Origin: a virus
Taxonomy: Duplodnaviria; Caudoviricetes
Strand: one strand, 5' to 3'
Length of the DNA stretch: 64,000 nt
IMG/VR virus record: IMGVR_UViG_3300042274_000720
Coordinates: 2,832 to 66,831 of that record
Shown: in pieces, positions 1 to 8,958 of the stretch
Layout: the number at the start of each line of letters is the position of its first letter
Position numbering within the stretch: position 1 is the first letter of the stretch
The notes under the pieces: model-generated
What the model saw: the letters and a program-made list of their open reading frames with translations, nothing else
Database searches by the model: none
What the model was told of the DNA's origin: nothing
Position numbers and translations under genes: made by a program

Positions 1-237
1 GCCGCTGAGATCAGCTTCGTCGTCGGACGACAGATCAACGCCGGGCACATCACGCAGTACCTCGCCATCAACAAGTACGAGACCGCTGAATGGTCACCTG
101 TCAGCGACTCACTCGAACAGGACGTAGCCGCTTTCGCAGCCAGGGTCGGCAACGGCCACATCAAGGTTCAGTGGTCCGACGTCGAATCAGACCGTTGGGA
201 GGAAGAAATGAAGAACCAGAGCCGCTGGCACGGCTGA
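1..237 (+). CDS. Hypothetical protein, 5'-truncated by window edge
   Basis: Frame 1 open from base 1 to TGA at 235-237 (AAEISFVVGRQ...SRWHG), GC3-biased codons, followed by a hairpin. Confidence 0.55.
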   Translation, partial: AAEISFVVGRQINAGHITQYLAINKYETAEWSPVSDSLEQDVAAFAARVGNGHIKVQWSDVESDRWEEEMKNQSRWHG

Positions 238-265
238 TGCCGCCACGGCCTTCGGCTCCAAAGCA

Positions 266-297
266 AGAAACCCGGCACCATGTGATGCCGGGTTTCT
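266..297. terminator. Hairpin between convergent genes (likely bidirectional terminator)
   Basis: AGAAACCCGGCA-N8-TGCCGGGTTTCT perfect 12-bp stem. Confidence 0.6.
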
Positions 298-313
298 GTT
301 TGGCCTGTGGCGA

Positions 314-1579
314 TCAGATATCGAAAGGGTCGTAGTCTTCGAGTCTGGATGTCGTCAGGGCTTCCTGCTCCTGCTTCCGTCGCATCGCCTCGATCGCTTT
401 CTCTGTGTCCTCCATCGACATTTTGCGACGGCTGATCACAGTCTTCAGACGCTCGGCTTCTCCGTCGCTGAGGTTGGAGAGGTTCCATCGGGGAATGCCG
501 AGCTTGGCAGCGATCTCAAGCTGCTTTTCGGTCTGGATTTGCTCGTGGTGCTCTGCGATGCGGCGGTCGATCTCAAGCTCATGCAGCGGAACGATCGCCT
601 GCGGCCTCCCCTGCATGATCGCCAGTTTTGGTGCCTTCTGGAAGGTTCCACGCTCCGCGTCGGCATTGGCACCTTTGTTGTAGAACGCACCCATCTCCGG
701 CCACACCTCCTTGACCAGCGGCAGCGACCGCTTCACGGAATCGTAGAAAGATTTCGCCGGGTGCATGCCGCCGATCTGGGTCCAGAGCTGATACATGCTG
801 ATCTCTCTGCGGTCGTGAATGCCCCTCTTGCGGGCGTTCAGGAAGGCGTAGAGGGTGAGAGCAGTGTGGTTTCCGCTGAGGGTCCGCACCGACGACAGCC
901 GGAGCGGAACGTAGTGCCCCATTTTCCAGCCGTTCACCTCGCCGCCAGTCAGAATCTGGTATGCCGTTTCGCTAAGTCGGCACATGGCACCATCGCGGTA
1001 GCTGAACATCTTGAAAACGAAGATCCCGTGTTGAGGCTGGCTGTCTGGAAGCGGAGTGCCAGCCCTGCATGACTTCCTCCACTCGCTGATGAAATCGAAA
1101 CGTGCGACCATGGCCGCATCGCTCTCGCCGCCGACAAGCTCGCCTGCGTCGACCTCCATCCGCTTGCTCGGCATGTAGCAGAACGTCGAATCCGCGATCA
1201 TGTCGAGAGAACGGTTGAAAGCCTTGATCTGATCGCCACTACGAGCGGCCGCATCGGACTCTTTGAAGCGGCTCAGGATGACGCTAGCAGCAGGCAGCGT
1301 GAACATCCTGCCATCATCGTTCGCACGCTCGGTGAGATCGATGAGCCTGAGCGTGGCGAAACTTCCAAACGGCAGGCCTTCGGCACCAGGTGCAATGAGA
1401 AGGTGCGACGTCGCCAGGGCTTTCGGAGTCTCAACGGATCTGATCCAATCGAGACCGGAACCGTCTGGCGCCGCTGCGTTGGACGGGTCGAAAGCGAGCT
1501 CCTTGCTCTTGCTGCTCTGCTGAGATGGCAGCGAAAAGGCCGCGAATGCACGGGCAAGCTTTGTGTTTTCGTGTTGCAT
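314..1579 (-). CDS. Plasmid-type replication initiator (RepA_C-like)
   Basis: C-terminal segment (VPLRLSSVRTLSGNHTALTLYAFLNARK...ISMYQLWTQIGG...VKEVWPE) resembles RepA_C family; ATG 1579 with GGGGA RBS. Confidence 0.55.
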   Translation of the reverse strand: MQHENTKLARAFAAFSLPSQQSSKSKELAFDPSNAAAPDGSGLDWIRSVETPKALATSHLLIAPGAEGLPFGSFATLRLIDLTERANDDGRMFTLPAASVILSRFKESDAAARSGDQIKAFNRSLDMIADSTFCYMPSKRMEVDAGELVGGESDAAMVARFDFISEWRKSCRAGTPLPDSQPQHGIFVFKMFSYRDGAMCRLSETAYQILTGGEVNGWKMGHYVPLRLSSVRTLSGNHTALTLYAFLNARKRGIHDRREISMYQLWTQIGGMHPAKSFYDSVKRSLPLVKEVWPEMGAFYNKGANADAERGTFQKAPKLAIMQGRPQAIVPLHELEIDRRIAEHHEQIQTEKQLEIAAKLGIPRWNLSNLSDGEAERLKTVISRRKMSMEDTEKAIEAMRRKQEQEALTTSRLEDYDPFDI

Positions 1580-1714
1580 GATGTTCCCCCTGTTCCCCTG
1601 ACCCACGCTAATATTCTACGATAGCGGGGGTAATTTCCTACGAACAAATCTCGCAGGCAAGGGAGCGATGGTCAAGGGAAATTGCGTCAACAAATAAACA
1701 AAATGACGTAAACA

Positions 1715-1800
1715 TATTTGTGCAACGAAAATGTGCAACTTATTTCAACGTGAATTCAACGTGGATTCAAATTGAGTTGATGTGAATCCAACCTGAAACA
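1715..1800. repeat. AT-rich degenerate ~11-bp tandem repeats upstream of repA (possible oriV)
   Basis: TTCAACGTGAA/TTCAACGTGGA/TTCAAATTGAG at 1744-1776 plus TGTGCAAC x2 in an AT-rich intergenic stretch. Confidence 0.35.
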
Positions 1801-1932
1801 CAGTGAGATGACCTGATTCACTGTGCCAAACCACTGCCTCCGGCACCGACAACATCGCTCGGCATCGACTCTCATTTTGGGTCAACAAAATCGTTGCAGA
1901 GATGAGAAGTAATGGGGAGAGAAGACCCTCGA

Positions 1933-2520
1933 TTACGGCACCAAAGTCTTCAAAACCGAGATAGAGGACTGGAACGCCTGAGTCCGAAGTCCGGCATGCA
2001 CGATAGCCACGGCATCGGCAAGGTGCTCGTTCTTCGCCACGAGCCGACCACGGCTCATCAGCCACGGCGCCGCCGGGTACATGGCCGTCGCCCACGCGAT
2101 CATGTCAGCCTTCGAGGCGGTCTTCTTCCCCACCGTCGCCAACTTGGTCTCCATCGGCGAGACCTCGATGATCGGCAGCGGAGAGGAAGCGAGGACTCCC
2201 AAACAGATGCCGTTCGACATGGCACCACGAGCGGATTGAGTGCCGCTCGGCACCTCGGCGATCACCATCGCGGCACCCACGCAGAAGCGATGGAAAGCCG
2301 CCCGCAGTTCGCTGGCACGGCGGAGGTCGTCGGAACTCGCCCGCACCTGCTTCGACCCCGTCTTCTCGGTGTCCACCAACAGGAGGTCGACCACCTTGAC
2401 TTCCAATGTTGACAAGTTAATTGCCGCTCGACACATACCCCAGTGGGCAAGAGCAGGGTCCACGCCCACCACGGTCAGCGACCCACCTCCACCAATGTTG
2501 ACAAGTCCGCCGTCAGGCAT
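1933..2520 (-). CDS. RuvC-like Holliday junction resolvase / RNase H-fold nuclease
   Basis: VVGVDP...IAEVP...VSPMETKLATVGKKTASKADM...HLADAVAI acidic motif pattern. Confidence 0.75.
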   Translation of the reverse strand: MPDGGLVNIGGGGSLTVVGVDPALAHWGMCRAAINLSTLEVKVVDLLLVDTEKTGSKQVRASSDDLRRASELRAAFHRFCVGAAMVIAEVPSGTQSARGAMSNGICLGVLASSPLPIIEVSPMETKLATVGKKTASKADMIAWATAMYPAAPWLMSRGRLVAKNEHLADAVAIVHAGLRTQAFQSSISVLKTLVP

Positions 2521-2584
2521 CCGCTATCTCCAATGTTGACAAGCCTACCACACAATGCTACAACGCTTGTCCAATGTTGACAAG
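2403..2584. repeat. Four perfect copies of CCAATGTTGACAAG (operator-like)
   Basis: Copies at 2403, 2492, 2530 and 2571; TTGACA(2536)-N17-TACAAC forms a plausible sigma70 promoter for the XRE gene. Confidence 0.85.
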
Positions 2585-2597
2585 ATAGCTGTGAGGG

Positions 2598-3266
2598 ATG
2601 CCGATGGCAAGGGGTAAAGAGGCAGGAGCGGTTGAGTCTGGCAATCGGATCAGGGCTGTCCGCAAGGGCAAGGGGATGTCGGCGAGAGAGCTTGCCGATC
2701 GGATGACTGAAGCCGGTCATAAGTTCTCGTACACGGCCATCACCAAAATTGAAAACAATCAGAGGACCCTCCACGAGGACACCCTCCATGTGATCGCGAA
2801 AGTGCTCGGCGTGCCGCCGGACTCCCTTCTCGACGACTCCGCTCCGACCCAGAAAGTGCCGGTCGTGCCTGCTGAGGAACTGATCGACACGCTCGTCAGC
2901 GGTCAGGAGATCGACAGTGAACATGAGATCGCCGTGGTCAGTGACGGTCGCCTTGTCGGCCTTACCGGGCTTCGGACTGAGCTTGGCGACGGCATCATCG
3001 TCGCTGACCTGAGCCAGAAGGAGATGGAGCCGGGCTTCTGGCTCGTGTCTGAGAAAGGGCGTCTGCACGTCGATGAAGTCGTTGAGGGCGACTACAGCAA
3101 GGAACCGCCGGCCAGCGTGGCTCTCGTCGGATACATCGTCGGTGTCTGGAAACCCCTCGATCAGCGGATTCCATACCGCGATGTGCAGAAATCGGACGCT
3201 GAGAAGCGGCATGATGAGGAAGAAGGTGTGGACTCGTTCATACGTCGACGTCTGAAACCTAAATAA
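2598..3266 (+). CDS. XRE-family HTH transcriptional regulator
   Basis: NRIRAVRKGKGMSARELADRM...SYTAITKIENNQRTLHEDTLHVIAKVLGV HTH_3 pattern. Confidence 0.85.
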   Translation: MPMARGKEAGAVESGNRIRAVRKGKGMSARELADRMTEAGHKFSYTAITKIENNQRTLHEDTLHVIAKVLGVPPDSLLDDSAPTQKVPVVPAEELIDTLVSGQEIDSEHEIAVVSDGRLVGLTGLRTELGDGIIVADLSQKEMEPGFWLVSEKGRLHVDEVVEGDYSKEPPASVALVGYIVGVWKPLDQRIPYRDVQKSDAEKRHDEEEGVDSFIRRRLKPK

Positions 3267-3271
3267 GGAGG

Positions 3272-4963
3272 ATGGCTGTGTCGGCTATCCGCAAGACCAA
3301 ACACTTGCTTTACCGCTTCAATCTGTTGCGAAAGCTTGGGGAGGATAGCCGAAAGATGGATATTATTCTTCGACTCTTGTGCCGTGGACTCGACATCTCG
3401 ACCGTCTCTGCGACCCTCACCGACCTCTGCCAGCAGCTCGTCGTCGACGGTGGAGCGACTCAGGAAGAGGCGGCGTCCATCCCTGCCTGCGTCGCTTCCA
3501 CCCATGGTGAGACCGCATGGGAGATCGCACTTCGCTATCTCCACGGCAAAGACCTGCTCCGCGTCGACAATGATCTCGCTGTGCAATGGGCGTATGTCGG
3601 AGCGGTGCAAGGCAATCCGCACGCGTGCTCGTTCGTTGCTTCCTACCTTGGCGGCATCGTCGCCGATCACGTTGTTGATCAGGGAAAACGCAAAGCCGAT
3701 GGCCTGGCTCAGAAGCGTGTGCCGTGGATGAGCGAGGTGCTGTCGGCGTTGGTGTGGTGGTCGGCGAAGGCTGACCGCTCCGGCACGGCTTCCTCCATCG
3801 TCGAACGCCGAACTGACATGTACCGACATGCCGTGCCCGAGCAGATCCAGAAAGTTCTGACCTCTGCCGTCCAAGCGAACGTCGTCGTCATCAACGACCG
3901 CAAGGAAGCCGCTGCCGCTTCGGCTGATGCTGATGTCGTCGTCGATGCGAAACGGCAGCGTCTGACGGAAATCAAAGAGGAACGCATCGCCCGCTACCTC
4001 GCTCGCAATGGTGCGAAAGAAGGCTGGGAGAACGAAGGCGGCGACGTCGACCCTGGTGAGTCTCCCGGCATGTCCATCGACTACGGCGAAGTGCCCACTC
4101 ACCTGGTCGTGAATGGTGAGATCAGCATTCCGAACGGTCGCCAGGACGACCTGCGGAAGCTGTCGATCCTCTCTGACCCCCTGCCGCTTCCGAAGTTGCC
4201 GAACCTCGACGTGCTGGAGCAGACGCTGCGTGCCGAGTTCCCATACGCCGAGGCGGCTGTCGGTCTCATCGTGAAAGACCTCCGCTTGTCCGCACGCTGG
4301 GGTCGCCGCGAGATGCATCTGAAGCCGTTGCTGTTGGTCGGCCCGCCGGGCACTGGCAAGTCGCGTCTCGCTCGTCGCCTCGCCGAACTGAGCGGCGCCG
4401 CCTTTGAACTGATCGGCTGTGCTGGCATGAGCGATAACCGCAGCGTTCAGGGGACTTCGAGAGGCTACCACACTGGTCACGCTTCCGTCTTTGCCCGCCG
4501 TCTGTCGGCCTCCAACTGCGGCGGCGGCATCTTCGTTTTCGACGAGATCGACAAGAGCGGTCATGGCAATGTGAACGGCTCGATCATCGACACCTTGATG
4601 TCGGTGACGGAGCCGGAGTCGACGTTCACCGACGACTACCTGCAGGCTCCTATGGACCTGTCTCGCTGCACGTTCATCGCGACCGCCAACCGCATTGACC
4701 GCCTTCCGATGCCGTTGCTCAGCAGATTCCGCGTGATCGAGGTCGCGGCACCGACTGTCGATCATGTGCCGGCGATCTGTGAAGCGATCCTGAGCGACCT
4801 CGCCAATGAATGGCAGATCAAGCGTGCCTGGTTGCGTCCGCTGGACGGCATCGAGATGGAAGCCCTGATGACGCACTACAAGAAGGTGAAGAGCATCCGC
4901 AGCCTTCGCCGTGCTGTGGAGAGGGTCGTTGATCTCCGAGAACGTGGTGCCGCTCTCAACTGA
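3272..4963 (+). CDS. Lon-type AAA+ ATPase lacking a protease domain
   Basis: Walker A GPPGTGKS, Walker B IFVFDEIDK, FTDDYLQAPMDLSRCTFIATAN, PLLSRF; protein ends right after the lid. Confidence 0.8.
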   Translation: MAVSAIRKTKHLLYRFNLLRKLGEDSRKMDIILRLLCRGLDISTVSATLTDLCQQLVVDGGATQEEAASIPACVASTHGETAWEIALRYLHGKDLLRVDNDLAVQWAYVGAVQGNPHACSFVASYLGGIVADHVVDQGKRKADGLAQKRVPWMSEVLSALVWWSAKADRSGTASSIVERRTDMYRHAVPEQIQKVLTSAVQANVVVINDRKEAAAASADADVVVDAKRQRLTEIKEERIARYLARNGAKEGWENEGGDVDPGESPGMSIDYGEVPTHLVVNGEISIPNGRQDDLRKLSILSDPLPLPKLPNLDVLEQTLRAEFPYAEAAVGLIVKDLRLSARWGRREMHLKPLLLVGPPGTGKSRLARRLAELSGAAFELIGCAGMSDNRSVQGTSRGYHTGHASVFARRLSASNCGGGIFVFDEIDKSGHGNVNGSIIDTLMSVTEPESTFTDDYLQAPMDLSRCTFIATANRIDRLPMPLLSRFRVIEVAAPTVDHVPAICEAILSDLANEWQIKRAWLRPLDGIEMEALMTHYKKVKSIRSLRRAVERVVDLRERGAALN

Positions 4964-5003
4964 CCGCTATAAACGTCTGCGAACCATCAGGAGTTTTTTG
5001 CAA

Positions 5004-5174
5004 ATGCGTCTTATTCTCATCCAGAGTGCCGAAGAAATTAAGAAGTACGAACAAGGACTTCCCTACGAACATGAAGTGCGGGAGTTCGAGACGGAAGCCG
5101 AAGCCGCGGCCTACCGTATGGGTGTCGAAGATGCCGCTGGCTACGACGAGCCGATGATCATCGAGGCCGGCTGA
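5004..5174 (+). CDS. Small hypothetical protein
   Basis: AGGAG RBS, MRLILIQSAEEIKKYEQG... Confidence 0.5.
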   Translation: MRLILIQSAEEIKKYEQGLPYEHEVREFETEAEAAAYRMGVEDAAGYDEPMIIEAG

Positions 5175-5238
5175 AATGCTTAATGGGTGCCGCCCCGTGA
5201 AGAGCGGCACCCCTACGCTATCGCGATGCCCATGACGT

Positions 5239-5559
5239 TCACATGCTGTTGATGCAGGTGTCGATGATCGGGTTGAACCCCTTCGGCTCTCCCATCTCGC
5301 ACAGCGTCACAAGGTCGAGCTTGTTCTGAACGCGAGTGGTCAGCAGACCCAGAGCGACGATGGTGCCGGGCATGTAGTCCATGGAGCCGGGGATCGCAGC
5401 GATCAGACGCTCCATGGACGGAAAGCTCTTCGCGAAGCAGATGGCTCCGAGGACGTGATGCTCCGACATGCCGGTGTCGAACCCATTTTGTCGGATACGC
5501 TTGAGAGCGAGCTTCGCTTCGGCTTCGAGACGCTCCATGAAGATCTCGTGGGTGGTCAT
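5239..5559 (-). CDS. Hypothetical protein
   Basis: ORF MTTHEIFMERLEAE..., GC3 bias, tightly packed in an operon. Confidence 0.55.
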   Translation of the reverse strand: MTTHEIFMERLEAEAKLALKRIRQNGFDTGMSEHHVLGAICFAKSFPSMERLIAAIPGSMDYMPGTIVALGLLTTRVQNKLDLVTLCEMGEPKGFNPIIDTCINSM

Positions 5560-5561
5560 GT

Positions 5562-5876
5562 TCAGAACCCCCACTGCTTGCCGAGAGCAGGGTTAGCGAT
5601 CAGCTGGGCCGCTTCGCGGAGTTCGGGATCGACCTCTTCACCGCCCTCTTCCATCGCGTCGAACACGCTGATCACGTCACTCGCAAGCTCGCCGAGCACC
5701 TCAAGCTGACCGAGACTGAGGTGATCGATGCCGGCGACGATGCCGGCGACGCTGTCGCAGGAGCCTACGAAGGCGAGCACGCTGTCGATGGTCGCCTGAT
5801 CGTAGTCCTGGTCGATGTTCGTGAGAGCCGCCGAAGTCATGATGTGCTCGCTGATTTGCTCGTGGATTTCCATCAC
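5562..5876 (-). CDS. Hypothetical acidic protein
   Basis: ORF with GGAGG RBS, coupled to the upstream gene. Confidence 0.6.
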   Translation of the reverse strand: MMEIHEQISEHIMTSAALTNIDQDYDQATIDSVLAFVGSCDSVAGIVAGIDHLSLGQLEVLGELASDVISVFDAMEEGGEEVDPELREAAQLIANPALGKQWGF

Positions 5877-6259
5877 GCACGGCCTCCATCGATGACCTGG
5901 AGGCGAGGACTAGCATCGGTGGAAGCGGCATCGAACGAACCGAGCTCGCTGAGGCGGTAGTCGATCTCGCGAAGGAGGACAGCGGCAGAGCGGGCAGCAC
6001 GCTGCAAGCACGAGGTTCCGATGTCGATGCGATCGCAGAAGAACGCCGCCGCTTCGCGGATTTCGCTGAGGACCTTGATGTTGCTCTCGCTGCGGATGGC
6101 GGTCTTCAGATCGGAGAAGCCGGTAAATTGCATGAGATAGCGAGTGGTGTCGTTGAGATCGGCACGGGAGCCGCCCTTCTCAACAGCCTGATTCATCATG
6201 TAGAAGCGGCTCTCTTCAAAGAAGCAGTAATATACGATATTCATGTTTTCAGACTCCAT
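5873..6259 (-). CDS. Hypothetical protein
   Basis: MESENMNIVYY...LQVIDGGRA; start trimmed from the ORF track. Confidence 0.55.
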   Translation of the reverse strand: MESENMNIVYYCFFEESRFYMMNQAVEKGGSRADLNDTTRYLMQFTGFSDLKTAIRSESNIKVLSEIREAAAFFCDRIDIGTSCLQRAARSAAVLLREIDYRLSELGSFDAASTDASPRLQVIDGGRA

Positions 6260-6348
6260 ATGTTGACAACATCCACGGTTATATCGGAAATGTTGACAAA
6301 GATCTAGATCCAAAATCGTGCCATGCGTTAACAAAATATGTTGACAAC
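6260..6348. promoter_or_regulatory. Three ATGTTGACAA copies in the divergent promoter upstream of xis-int
   Basis: ATGTTGACAACAT palindrome at 6260-6272, further copies at 6290-6299 and 6338-6347; same core as the 2403-2584 repeats. Confidence 0.7.
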
Positions 6349-6456
6349 CGCTCACATGTGAGTCATGGTCCTTGCCGGCGCCGAGGAACAGTATGTGACC
6401 CCGAAACAGTATCGAGATGGTGCCGGAACTGGAGGTAAACACGGAGCAAAATCAGG

Positions 6457-6759
6457 ATGAGCAAATGCATGACGGTGCCGGCGGCGGCGGCACATTTCGG
6501 GGTGTCTAGGAACACGATCTACAACTGGCTTTCGAGCGGCATCCTGCCTCACCTGCGACTGCCTGGTGGGCAGTACCGCATCAGGGAGCATGACATCGAG
6601 GAAGCCGAGAAGCGGATGCAGGGGGGATACGAATGGCAAGACCGCGGAAGGGTCTCCGGATTCGACAGCGAACCGATGGTCTCTGGGAACTCGTCGGTCA
6701 CCACCCTGTCTCAGGAGAGAAAATCAGGGTTTCGTGCGGCACTCGCGATGAACGGGTAG
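6457..6759 (+). CDS. xis: Excisionase-like HTH_17 protein
   Basis: MTVPAAAAHFGVSRNTIYNWLSSGILPHLRLPGGQYRI; overlaps the int start. Confidence 0.75.
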   Translation: MSKCMTVPAAAAHFGVSRNTIYNWLSSGILPHLRLPGGQYRIREHDIEEAEKRMQGGYEWQDRGRVSGFDSEPMVSGNSSVTTLSQERKSGFRAALAMNG

Positions 6760-7739
6760 CCGAGGATTTCCTGAAGGAATTCAAGCACGGTTTGGCGACG
6801 GCGAAGGTCATGGCACCTTCGCCGGTTCCCTTGTTGCGGCAGCTACTGACAGCCTACGACGAGAACAACGCCGTCGCTTCGGAGTCCACGCAGAAGCACT
6901 GCGTGAAGCACCTGATCCGCCACCTCGGCCATCTGGAGCCGACGCAGATCAACTCCGAGATCGCAAAGGACTACGCCGAAGCCCGCCGGAAAGACGTGTG
7001 GACCACGCCTGGGCGCGGCGCAGAGGTGAAGGGGGTTGCCGACAGCACGATCAAGCGTGAACTCACTGCCCTGCGCGCAGCCATCGGCTGGGCATGGAAG
7101 TCCGACAGGAAGGGGTGGTTCCGCGGCGACGGAAAGCCTGAATTCGCTATGCCGAAGTTCCAGCGTCAGCGTGTCCGTGACCGCTGGCTGACCAAGGAAG
7201 AAGCTCGGCACCTGCTGAGCGTCGTCAGCACTCCGCACACGCGGCTCTTCATCCAGATCTCGCTTGAGACGGCCGCACGCAAGGAGGCTGTGGAGGATCT
7301 GCTCTGGGAATTCGTCAATCTCGAAACCGGATACATCGACTTCGGCGAGGCCAGTGGCAACAAGCTGCGTCCGGCACAGAAGCTCAGCGACCGACTCCTG
7401 CGTGAACTGAGGGCGGCTTACCTGGTTCGCACGACTGACTACGTTCTCGAATGGAACGGTGCGAGAGTCGGCGATATTAAAAAGTCATTCCAGAAGGCCG
7501 CCATCCGTGCGGGCTTCATCAGCGGCTACCGACTGAACAAATTCGGCGAGACGGTTCCTGTCACTGACGTCACCCCGCACATCCTGAAGCACACCTCGAT
7601 CAGCTGGATGGTGCAGAGTGGCATGCCTGCTTCCGAGATCACGAAGTTCACCGAAACTTCGGTGGAAATGATCGAGCGTGTGTACGGCAAGCATGATCCC
7701 AACATCTACCTGAAAGCCCATGCGGCAACGAATTTTTGA
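6633..7739 (+). CDS. int: Tyrosine integrase
   Basis: ETAARKEA (R), PHILKHTS (HxxK/R box), IERVYGKH (Y); adjacent to the att site. Confidence 0.9.
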   Translation: MARPRKGLRIRQRTDGLWELVGHHPVSGEKIRVSCGTRDERVAEDFLKEFKHGLATAKVMAPSPVPLLRQLLTAYDENNAVASESTQKHCVKHLIRHLGHLEPTQINSEIAKDYAEARRKDVWTTPGRGAEVKGVADSTIKRELTALRAAIGWAWKSDRKGWFRGDGKPEFAMPKFQRQRVRDRWLTKEEARHLLSVVSTPHTRLFIQISLETAARKEAVEDLLWEFVNLETGYIDFGEASGNKLRPAQKLSDRLLRELRAAYLVRTTDYVLEWNGARVGDIKKSFQKAAIRAGFISGYRLNKFGETVPVTDVTPHILKHTSISWMVQSGMPASEITKFTETSVEMIERVYGKHDPNIYLKAHAATNF

Positions 7740-7758
7740 GGTACATTAGGAGAACATC

Positions 7759-7826
7759 GTTTCGTGCCGTATCGTACCGTGCCGGTACGAAACCCTGGGA
7801 TAAAACGTGAAAACACGGTACGAAAC
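7759..7826. repeat. Putative integrase arm-type sites of the left element
   Basis: CGGTACGAAAC at 7783 and 7816; inverted near-copy at 7759-7769. Confidence 0.5.
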
Positions 7827-7872
7827 GGGTTTACGAGGCTAGGGTTTGTGCGGGTTTGGGCGGGGGATCATC

Positions 7873-7920
7873 CCCTTGGTAAGGGAGAGGTCGAGAGTTC
7901 AAATCTCTCCGGCAGCACCA
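7873..7920 (+). tRNA. 3' half of tRNA-Thr(GGT): att-site duplication, not a full gene
   Basis: CCC-TTGGTAA-GGGAG anticodon arm, GAGAGTTCAAATCTCTC T-arm, GGCAGCACCA 3' end; no D-arm or acceptor 5' strand upstream. Confidence 0.85.
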
Positions 7921-8037
7921 CTTCAACGCCTCGCAACTCCTTGAGTTTGCGGGGTTTTTTATTGCCTTCGCCGATCTTGGTAATCGGCAGAAAAAGGCGT
8001 AACGTGTCCGGACAAAGCAGGAACATGCACGATAATC

Positions 8038-8055
8038 CGTGCAAAATCCGTGCAG
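8038..8055 (+). repeat. Putative arm site, left prophage end
   Basis: CGTGCAAAATCCGTGCAG matches 63938-63955 at 16/18. Confidence 0.55.
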
Positions 8056-8087
8056 CGCACAGAGTGCGCATTTTTCCGGAGACTGCT

Positions 8088-8252
8088 ATGGCCGATGACA
8101 GACCCACGCTCCGCGTCCGACTTGCTAGGGCTGAGGAATCAGCGCAACAATGGTGCGAGGCAGCCCGGCGCGCTTCCGCCGAGGTTCGCCGCCTCGAAGC
8201 TAGGGTCGAGGAGCTTGAGGCCGAGATCAAGCAGTTGAGGGGGAATGCGTGA
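8088..8252 (+). CDS. Small coiled-coil hypothetical protein
   Basis: GGAGA RBS, MADDRPTLRVRLARAEE...; stop overlaps the next start. Confidence 0.5.
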   Translation: MADDRPTLRVRLARAEESAQQWCEAARRASAEVRRLEARVEELEAEIKQLRGNA

Positions 8253-8852
8253 AGCACATCATCACGACCATCATCATCGCGATGATGGCGACGCCGGTCG
8301 CCGCCGAGACGGTCTCCGGCCGGGCGTCCGTCATTGACGGCGACACACTCGAGATCCGCGGCGAGCGCATCCGGCTACACGGGATCGACGCGCCGGAAAG
8401 CGGCCAGCAGGCGGCGAACGCACTGGACAGCTACATCGGCCGGCGCTCCGTGGAATGCCAGGGCAAGGAACGCGACCGCTACGGCCGCCTGATCGCCGTC
8501 TGCTACGCCGGCGAGGCCGACCTCAACGCCACGATGGTCCGCAATGGCTGGGCCCTCGCCTACACCAAGTACAGCAAGGACTATCTGCTGCACGAGCAGG
8601 CCGCGGCGCAAGAGCTGCGCGGCATCTGGAAGACCGACTTCGATCCGCCTTGGGAGTGGCGGCGTCGGGGGCGCAGCGGCGGGGCCAGCAGGGCAGCGGC
8701 GTCACCGCGGCGCGGCTCGGGTGGCGACAAGGACTGCAGCGACTTCAGCACGCACGCCGAGGCGCAGGCCTTTTTTTGAAAGAGCCGGACCGGGCGACCC
8801 GCACCGGCTTGACGGTGACAGCGATGGTCGGGCGTGCGAGGCGCTGCCTTGA
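8249..8852 (+). CDS. Secreted thermonuclease (SNase) with C-terminal Excalibur domain, split by a frameshift at 8771-8779
   Basis: Signal peptide; VIDGDTL, RIRLHGIDAPE, DRYGRLIA; DCSDFSTHAEAQAFF continues in +1 frame as ERAGPGDPHRLDGDSDGRACEALP. Confidence 0.8.
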
Positions 8853-8958
8853 TACCCTACACCAGCGGCATCCATACACAGCTTCGCCAGCGCCCATATA
8901 ATGGTCCAGAACAGGAGGGGGAAAGCTTGTGGCGTCGGCTTTCCCCCGGAGCACAAAG

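Larger units (their letters stand above)
1..7920. mobile_element. Right part of an integrative element (Rep + integrase), left end outside window
   Basis: RepA-like, RuvC-like, XRE, xis and tyrosine integrase genes, ending at a tRNA-Thr 3' fragment; visibly lower GC than the adjacent prophage. Confidence 0.75.

Noticed and set aside
2403-2584. Direct repeats as a CRISPR mini-array
   Set aside because: Only 14 bp, irregular spacing (89, 38, 41), partly coding, no cas genes
3161-4876. 571-aa minus-strand ORF
   Set aside because: Antisense shadow of the AAA+ ATPase
7861-7920. Complete functional tRNA-Thr gene
   Set aside because: The 5' half (acceptor strand, D-arm) is absent and the anticodon stem is mismatched upstream of 7873
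7764-8087. Upstream extension of the 162-aa ORF
   Set aside because: Runs across the tRNA fragment and arm sites; the real start is probably 8088
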